A DNA stretch of 32,000 nucleotides. It comes from Candidatus Baldrarchaeota archaeon (GTDB lineage: Archaea > Asgardarchaeota > Baldrarchaeia > Baldrarchaeales > DXJG01). This document shows, one piece after another, positions 25,841-32,000 of this stretch; position 1 is the stretch's first letter; each line of letters opens with the position of its first letter. The DNA lies in assembly GCA_019056805.1 (NCBI GenBank), contig DXJG01000002.1, forward strand, positions 553,103 to 585,102, in the 5' to 3' direction. Under the pieces are notes generated by a model. That model made no database searches and was not told the origin of the DNA. It was given only the letters and a program-made list of their open reading frames with translations. Both the position numbers and the translations under genes were made by a program.

Positions 25841-26716
25841 TTAAAATAAAAGTAGTATTGCTACAGCTATTAAAACAGAACCTATTATAGAATTTATTGC
25901 TGGAATTTCACTAAACAACACCACTGCAAGTATAGTTGCTGAAACAGGTTCAAGAAGAACTATGGTGGCCGTTTCATAGGGTTTTAAAGCTTTAACAGAA
26001 GCAATATAAAGAGTGTGGCCGATTGCTGTAGGTATTAATCCTAATGCTAAAAGTACGAGAAGCGTATTAAACTCTAAAGGTATATGTATTCCTCCCTGAA
26101 CTGGAAGAGAGTATAAAAATACCATCATGCAGCCCAGCATAAAATTCGAAACCATAAGGATCTTCGCATCAATCTTCTTTCTAAGATCTGCCCCAATATT
26201 CAAGTAGATGGCTTCAAAAGTTGCTGCTAAAATTGCCTCTAGATCGCCGATGATACTTCCAGTTAAAGTTGTGATTTCTGTTAAAGCAATTATTAAAATA
26301 CCCGCAAAACCCAGTAGTATTGCAAATAATTCTCTTTTTGAAGGTTTTAACCCATAAATTATAGTTGATATAATCAAAGCCTGTATAGGGGTTGTATTTA
26401 CAAAAATCGTAGCATGCAAAATAGTTGTATGTTTAACGGATGCTACAAAAAATATGAAGTGTAACCCGAGAAAAATACCCATTACAATATGTTTCCAGCT
26501 ATAATTTTTTATCAACTGAAAAAACAGCTTTATTTCTCTTCTAAAATGGAGTATTAGGAGTAGAATCCAGAAACCAATAAAAAGACGAGCAAAGGCTATG
26601 GAATTACTATCAACATTTGGTAAAAGCCTTATAAAAATAGATGCAAAGCCAAAGAAAATTCCAGCCATTATTCCAATGACAAGGGCTACGCTCCTCCTCA
26701 TAACTACTCTCACCAA
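25841..26716 (-). CDS. DMT/EamA-family transporter
   Basis: Ten TM helices in two repeats; PTAIGHTLY, LLEPVSATILA. Confidence 0.9.
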   Translation of the reverse strand: MVRVVMRRSVALVIGIMAGIFFGFASIFIRLLPNVDSNSIAFARLFIGFWILLLILHFRREIKLFFQLIKNYSWKHIVMGIFLGLHFIFFVASVKHTTILHATIFVNTTPIQALIISTIIYGLKPSKRELFAILLGFAGILIIALTEITTLTGSIIGDLEAILAATFEAIYLNIGADLRKKIDAKILMVSNFMLGCMMVFLYSLPVQGGIHIPLEFNTLLVLLALGLIPTAIGHTLYIASVKALKPYETATIVLLEPVSATILAVVLFSEIPAINSIIGSVLIAVAILLLF

Positions 26717-26799
26717 ACAAGACTCAATTATGTTTGATGTTGCTACTTAAAAGTTTTATCTAAAACGTACGTTATCATTCAAATTCTCTGTTTTCCAAA

Positions 26800-27339
26800 T
26801 CAATCAGAATCTTTACCGTAGAAGTAATTCACAGTAAAATATGCCATTTCATAGGAAAAGTCAAAAATTAGAATTCCAAGTGTGTTCCATTTCAATATAG
26901 GAACAAAAATTATGCATACAATTTTCAGAAAAGGCCGGTATCTTAAAATTTTAAGATATTTTCGTCCTTTTCCTTTTCTCTCGAAAAAATAATCGCCTAC
27001 TTCATCTAAAATTGCTGAAATTGTTAAAATGAAAATAATGGCAATGTTCCATTCTTTTGGAATACCTAGGAAAAATACAGTTGAAATTATGGTTAATAAG
27101 CCTAACAAATGACAAATATTATCTATTTTACCAGTTACAGCTGTTCCAAGAATTATTGCTGCAAAAATCATATTAGCTCCAGGATATAGAGAGAATAAGA
27201 CTCCTATAGAGAGACCAGACACAAAAAACATACTTGAGAGAATAATGTTTTTTCTTTCTACTCCTTCATCAGTTACTTTCATAGTGAATCCTGCTAAACC
27301 GTAAAGGATCATAGCAATAAACGTATTCAACTCATACAC
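26800..27339 (-). CDS. Uncharacterised membrane protein (~6 TM)
   Basis: Hydrophobic ORF with polar motifs MKVTDEG, GKIDNICH, ILDEVG; co-oriented with MFS and dys. Confidence 0.75.
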   Translation of the reverse strand: MYELNTFIAMILYGLAGFTMKVTDEGVERKNIILSSMFFVSGLSIGVLFSLYPGANMIFAAIILGTAVTGKIDNICHLLGLLTIISTVFFLGIPKEWNIAIIFILTISAILDEVGDYFFERKGKGRKYLKILRYRPFLKIVCIIFVPILKWNTLGILIFDFSYEMAYFTVNYFYGKDSD

Positions 27340-27351
27340 CCAGTTCTTGTT

Positions 27352-28518
27352 TTATGATATTGTTGTTTCCCTAAATAGGTAGAGAAACAGTAAGAACCCT
27401 GCTGATATAAGCGTAATGTCAAGAAATATTACCCCACTAAAACCATAAAGTACAAAAACAGGATAGGGAGCTACAGGACCTAAAGCATATCCAATAAAGC
27501 GGAAAGATCCGTAAATAGAAGATATCGTACCTCTAAGTTTTGGATCTATTTCAACAGCCAACGTATTGAGAGGAGTAAAACTAAATGTTATAATAAAACC
27601 CATAGTAAACAATAGTAGAGGAAGATATCTAAACCAATCAATAAGCAGATAGAGTGAAATTATAAAATCTAAACTCAAAAAACCTATTAAAACTACTTTT
27701 CTACGACCTACAAAATCGGTTAAAAACCCAGAGATAAGACTAGCAACAACCCCTCCCAGACCAGCAGCAAACAAATAAAATCCCCATAAATTAGATGGAA
27801 GGTTATAAGGTGAATATAAAACAATGTTGGACAAAAAAGTATAGATGCTAAGTCTAGTAAAGAACAATGCTAATCCCATAAACCCTATTAAAATAACAGA
27901 AAAATTAAATATGCCATATTTTAAAGTTGTAAATATTTCTTTTCCACCGGAACGTTCAAAATCTACTTCAGGTAGGAAAAAATAAACTAAAGATAACAAT
28001 ATTAGGCCGAATAAAAGCATCACCAAGAATACATATCTCCAATAGATTAACCCTATAAACCCCCCTACTAAAGGACCTAACGTCGCACCTAAAGTGGTTG
28101 ATAAAGCTCCAAACCCCATAATTTTTCCTCTTACATCTGCTTCAAAAACATCTCCTACCAATGCCATGGAGATAGGGGTTATAAACGCTGAACCCATGCC
28201 CTGTAACATTCTAGATAATAGGAAAACTGTGATAGAAGGAGAAAAATAGGATGATAAAGCCCCGAGTGAATATATTATTGCACCAAGTAAAAGCATTTTT
28301 CTCCTACCATAAAACATGTCACTTATCATGCCAGAGAATAATTGCAAAATACAAAAAGGTATCATATATAACGTTATAGTTAAACCAAGATAAAATTGAT
28401 TTACATTAAAATCAGTACCAATATGTCGAAAAAGAGGTAGAATCATATTCCCTCCAAAAGGCCCACTAAAAGCTGCAATAACAAGAACAATTATTACTAT
28501 TAATCTTCTTTGCATCAT
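27352..28518 (-). CDS. MFS transporter (DHA1-like)
   Basis: Twelve TM helices; SGMISDMFYGRRK and SGFLTDFVGRRK motif A; RMLQGMG. Confidence 0.92.
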   Translation of the reverse strand: MMQRRLIVIIVLVIAAFSGPFGGNMILPLFRHIGTDFNVNQFYLGLTITLYMIPFCILQLFSGMISDMFYGRRKMLLLGAIIYSLGALSSYFSPSITVFLLSRMLQGMGSAFITPISMALVGDVFEADVRGKIMGFGALSTTLGATLGPLVGGFIGLIYWRYVFLVMLLFGLILLSLVYFFLPEVDFERSGGKEIFTTLKYGIFNFSVILIGFMGLALFFTRLSIYTFLSNIVLYSPYNLPSNLWGFYLFAAGLGGVVASLISGFLTDFVGRRKVVLIGFLSLDFIISLYLLIDWFRYLPLLLFTMGFIITFSFTPLNTLAVEIDPKLRGTISSIYGSFRFIGYALGPVAPYPVFVLYGFSGVIFLDITLISAGFLLFLYLFRETTIS

Positions 28519-28543
28519 TATAATCCCTTAACACCGACAATTG

Positions 28544-29473
28544 TTATAAAATTTCTTCATAAACTGCTGCTATAAGTAGAGGAAATATTATTGTTGCATC
28601 TCCCTGGATGGTTGATATTACTCCTTCTTCTTGAACTTTACCCCATGATATTGCTTCGGTGAGTCTTGCACCTGAGAGACTACCATCGTAAGGTTGTGCG
28701 GTTGTTATTTGCACGGCATAATCTAAACCGCCTCTCAAAAGATTTGAAGCAATGGTGTAATGTTTTGAAATTCCACCACCAAGAATAATTGCTCCAGTTC
28801 TCTCCGAATCATAAACAATATCTGCAAGCTCCTTCATATCCTTAGTTGCATCAACGACAAGCTCATGTTCCTGATTAAACATAAATACTTGTAGGCCTAA
28901 GGCTGAATCTTGAAATCCAGGTGAAAAAATTGGCACATTATTCTTAGCTGCTTGGTAAACAAAAGAATTTTCATCCGGTTTCATTCTTTTACCTATTTCA
29001 TAAATTAATTCCCTAATAGAAATAATTTTCTTCTCCTCATATATTTCTGAGAGCATTTTTTGTAGAATTTTTTCTAAAAGCTCATAATTCTCATTAGGAA
29101 CATAAATATTGCCTAATCTGTTTATATTTTCTCTATGAAGCTTTACATCATTTGCTTCAAAATTCCCAACATAATATTTTCCACCGTAGGCCTTTATAAC
29201 ATCATGATCAATGCTTCCACCAGTAGTAACAATCACATTCACAAGATTACGCTTAACTAAATCGGCAAAAATAGATCTCAAACCAGTTGCGACAAGATTA
29301 GCTGTAAAAGACAAAAAAACTGTGCAATTCTCATCCAAAAACATCTTTCTAACAATATCTACTCCTCTAGCCAGATTTAGAGCCATAAATCCTCCACATT
29401 TCTTCAATTCCTCTATAAACTGTTTCATAGTCATTCTTTCCCTCAAACACATATTTTCAACGCACATTTTCAT
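28544..29473 (-). CDS. dys: Deoxyhypusine synthase
   Basis: FTANLVATGLR, VTTGGSIDHD, GGGISKH, YAVQITTA, DGSLSGARLTEAISWGK (active-site Lys), DATIIFP. Confidence 0.95.
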   Translation of the reverse strand: MKMCVENMCLRERMTMKQFIEELKKCGGFMALNLARGVDIVRKMFLDENCTVFLSFTANLVATGLRSIFADLVKRNLVNVIVTTGGSIDHDVIKAYGGKYYVGNFEANDVKLHRENINRLGNIYVPNENYELLEKILQKMLSEIYEEKKIISIRELIYEIGKRMKPDENSFVYQAAKNNVPIFSPGFQDSALGLQVFMFNQEHELVVDATKDMKELADIVYDSERTGAIILGGGISKHYTIASNLLRGGLDYAVQITTAQPYDGSLSGARLTEAISWGKVQEEGVISTIQGDATIIFPLLIAAVYEEIL

Positions 29474-29948
29474 CAGACAACACCACCTAAATCCCGTCTA
29501 AAACGATTCATCACCTTACCTTATCACAATTTAATGAAATAAATATTCTCTTCTTCCCTGAAATGTACGTATTTTAAAGCTCTTAAAAACGTGAAAATCA
29601 ATTCACTGACAACACTTTATATCTGCAAGTCAAAAGGGGTAGGAATACTTCTCATGCTTCCAACGAGAAAATGCCCGACGCAAATTAGGTGAGGCACTTT
29701 GTGTAGCTATACCAGAATATAAGGTTTCTGTCATAACTTATGTTATTTTATAATTTTAAGTGGAAATGGAGTAGTTTGTTAAATCTAAGGATCATGTATA
29801 GGGGGTATGAAAGATGACGACGTATTACAAAAAATTACAAAAAATATATAGACATTAGACTATACTCAGCGAGTGTTATAAGGTACACTACTACATAAAA
29901 GGGTTACTACCATCAAATCAGATATGTTAATGAAGGTGGGTACAATAA

Positions 29949-30632
29949 ATGATTAACAACGGTGCAATTCCTCCAGAAATTTGTCGTTTCTTTTCTATTG
30001 GAAAAAGTAACTCGTTACTGGTAAAAGGGCCTCCGGGGACTGGTAAAACCATTTTTTCTTTGCAATGCGTTAAAGATCTTCAAGATAGAGTCGCAGGAGT
30101 ATATTTTTCAACTCGAGTGGACGCCAGGTCTCTTTATGAGCATTTCCCTTGGATAAAGGAGCAAATCCCGATAGAAAATGTGGTAGATGCAACTAAAAAC
30201 ATCATACCGAAGAAGGTAGATTTCACGTATGTCATTGATTATTCTTCATTACCTGATTTTCTTAAGGGACTTTATTCCATTACGCATAGAGTTTCGCAGC
30301 AACAAACACCTTTAATCGTTGTGGACAGTATTGATGCACTTGCTGCAAATGTTAAAATGCCTGTTGAGGAAGTATGTTCAATGCTCGTAAATTTTGCTGA
30401 AAATATGCAGTCACAGATAATATTTGTAACTGAAAGGCATGGTACATCTATGATTGATTATATGGTTGATGGTGTAATTAGACTTGAGAGAAAATTCATT
30501 AAAAACAGACTTGTGAGAAAGATGACAATAGAGAAACTAAGAGGTGTGGAAATAGGTAACCCCGTATACTACTTTACATTACAAAATGGAAAATTTCAGT
30601 ACTTCAAAAACTTCCAACATATCATTGGTTAG
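29949..30632 (+). CDS. GvpD/KaiC-like RecA-fold ATPase, single domain (probably truncated)
   Basis: SLLVKGPPGTGKT Walker A, IVVDSIDA Walker B, DYMVDGVIRL, IEKLRGVEI. Confidence 0.8.
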   Translation: MINNGAIPPEICRFFSIGKSNSLLVKGPPGTGKTIFSLQCVKDLQDRVAGVYFSTRVDARSLYEHFPWIKEQIPIENVVDATKNIIPKKVDFTYVIDYSSLPDFLKGLYSITHRVSQQQTPLIVVDSIDALAANVKMPVEEVCSMLVNFAENMQSQIIFVTERHGTSMIDYMVDGVIRLERKFIKNRLVRKMTIEKLRGVEIGNPVYYFTLQNGKFQYFKNFQHIIG

Positions 30633-31150
30633 ATGCATCTTACAAATTAGAATATCATCCACCAATAAAAGATGGCAAAGACACCAGTTTTTTCATCAAA
30701 AGATTCGCTGGAAATGATCCTTTAATAAAGAAACCTGCGGGATGTTGTTCTATAAATGCTACACCTTTAAATGCGGACTTTTTTTGAATGTCACACTCAT
30801 CTGACAACTAAGCTACCTCAATTTCCACCAATAAACACAAAATTATGGGAAAGAAAGAAGTATATAACAGTGTGTAATTGTATGTGATACAACAAATTAC
30901 ACTAGTAGCCAAAACGAGCACAGAAAAACGAGCATCGAACATGAATGTTTGTTGATTGTTATTTAAGGTGTTTACAGACCTAATTTAAAAGCAATGATAG
31001 TAACTGTTATATTCATTAGGCTGAAAACAACAAAATTTTTACGTCTTAGAATACTTATCAGCTTGTGCTCTTCATTTTATAGGAAAACTTTTTACTTAAA
31101 ATATGTTTATGAGCCTCATATAGATTCATTTGTCTCAAGAGGTGTATGAA

Positions 31151-31831
31151 ATGGGTGAAGATATGGATGTTATTAAGGTTGAGGAAGGAGAGATGCTTGA
31201 AATAGAAATTGAAGAAGATTTACTTAAAGCTAATGAGCAACTTGCAAATGCTAATAGAAAAATATTTGATAAGCATAATGTAAAAGTTATAGACGTAATG
31301 GGATCAATAGGATCTGGAAAAACATCGATACTTGAGAAACTTGTAGAAAAACTTAGAGAAAAATATAAAATCGCTGTTATCGCTGGAGATGTGACCACTA
31401 CTATTGATGCAGATCGAATCAAGAGACACGGTGTCCGAACAATTCAAATAAATACAGGAAATGAATGCCATCTTGATGCATTAATGATTAGAAGAGCGAT
31501 AAAAAGATTAAATCTCGACGAGTTAGACTTAATTTTTATTGAGAATGTTGGGAATCTTATTTGTCCAGCAGATTTTCCACTAGGCTCACATAAAAGAATA
31601 GTTGTGGTAAGTGTTACAGAAGGTCCCTATATGATTCGAAAACATCCAATGATAATTAAAGGCGCAGATATAGTGGTAATTAATAAAATAGATTTAGCAG
31701 ATGCCATGGAAGTCGATATAAACCAATTGATTAGAGACGCAAAAGAAATAAATCCTAAAGCAGAAGTTGTTTGTACAAATGCTAAAAGCGGCGAGGGAAT
31801 AGATAATTTAATTAAAACCCTAAACCTATAA
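31151..31831 (+). CDS. hypB: Hydrogenase nickel-incorporation GTPase HypB
   Basis: GSIGSGKTS, ECHLDA, IENVGNLICP, NKID; start reassigned to ATG 31151 behind GAGGTG. Confidence 0.95.
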   Translation: MGEDMDVIKVEEGEMLEIEIEEDLLKANEQLANANRKIFDKHNVKVIDVMGSIGSGKTSILEKLVEKLREKYKIAVIAGDVTTTIDADRIKRHGVRTIQINTGNECHLDALMIRRAIKRLNLDELDLIFIENVGNLICPADFPLGSHKRIVVVSVTEGPYMIRKHPMIIKGADIVVINKIDLADAMEVDINQLIRDAKEINPKAEVVCTNAKSGEGIDNLIKTLNL

Positions 31832-31887
31832 CCATATCAACTCATACGAACTTGTTAAGATATTAAAATATTATTAAGGTGATAATA

Positions 31888-32000
31888 TTGAGTGAGAAAT
31901 GTATGTTTCCCCCTTGCCCAAAATGCGACAAAGGATATTTAGTTCCTTTGAGCGCAGCCAGCGACAAAGGAATACCAATAGTTTTTTCTAGCTGGGTTTG
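31888..32000 (+). CDS. Small Zn-ribbon-like protein, partial (runs off the window)
   Basis: TTG behind GGTGA; reads SEKCMFPPCPKCDKGYLVPLSAASDKGIPIVFSSWV (CxxC), open to the window end. Confidence 0.6.
   Translation, partial: MSEKCMFPPCPKCDKGYLVPLSAASDKGIPIVFSSWV

Noticed and set aside
29949-30632. Gas-vesicle or circadian (kai) system
   Set aside because: No gvpA or kaiB-like genes are in the window; a lone RecA-fold ATPase is not diagnostic.
30911-30934. AAAACGAGCA direct repeat (2 copies, period 14)
   Set aside because: Only two short copies with no associated element.
1-32000. rRNA, tRNA, integrase/transposase or a multi-spacer CRISPR array
   Set aside because: No GC-rich structured RNA, cloverleaf, recombinase motif or periodic repeat series was found by eye.

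Overview
AT-rich archaeal chromosome segment. GGTGA/GGAGG Shine-Dalgarno motifs, an AsnRS-like asparagine synthetase, deoxyhypusine synthase and an ADP-forming acyl-CoA synthetase point to an archaeon; TACK or Asgard affinity is plausible but cannot be determined here. The first ~8.6 kb is an accessory island. It holds a small wHTH gene, a broken AbrB/VapC pair, an orphan CRISPR repeat with a probable leader, an intact HEPN-MNT pair, a truncated cas6, two membrane/surface genes and a Csa3-like CARF-wHTH regulator split by a -1 frameshift. Next to the csa3-like gene is the most interesting element: an unannotated 38-aa ORF (signal peptide + WPQNDPWPFPGG), separated only by a 44-codon ORF from a 533-aa tandem Lrp/AsnC-like regulator with a degenerate zincin-like N-terminus. 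This is a candidate archaeal peptide-signalling cassette. The rest is mostly metabolic: DUF998, a SAM methyltransferase with an HgcAB-like corrinoid/ferredoxin fusion, fused GMP synthase, asparagine synthetase plus an FMN glutamate-synthase-family protein, an M28 peptidase, a DRTGG protein with acetate-CoA ligase, a class II GATase, a flavodoxin, a 7TM-Cys protein, a DUF362 Fe-S protein, EamA and MFS transporters, deoxyhypusine synthase, a truncated GvpD/KaiC-like ATPase, hypB and a partial Zn-ribbon gene. No rRNA or tRNA genes were seen. All family calls come from motif recognition by eye, not database searches.
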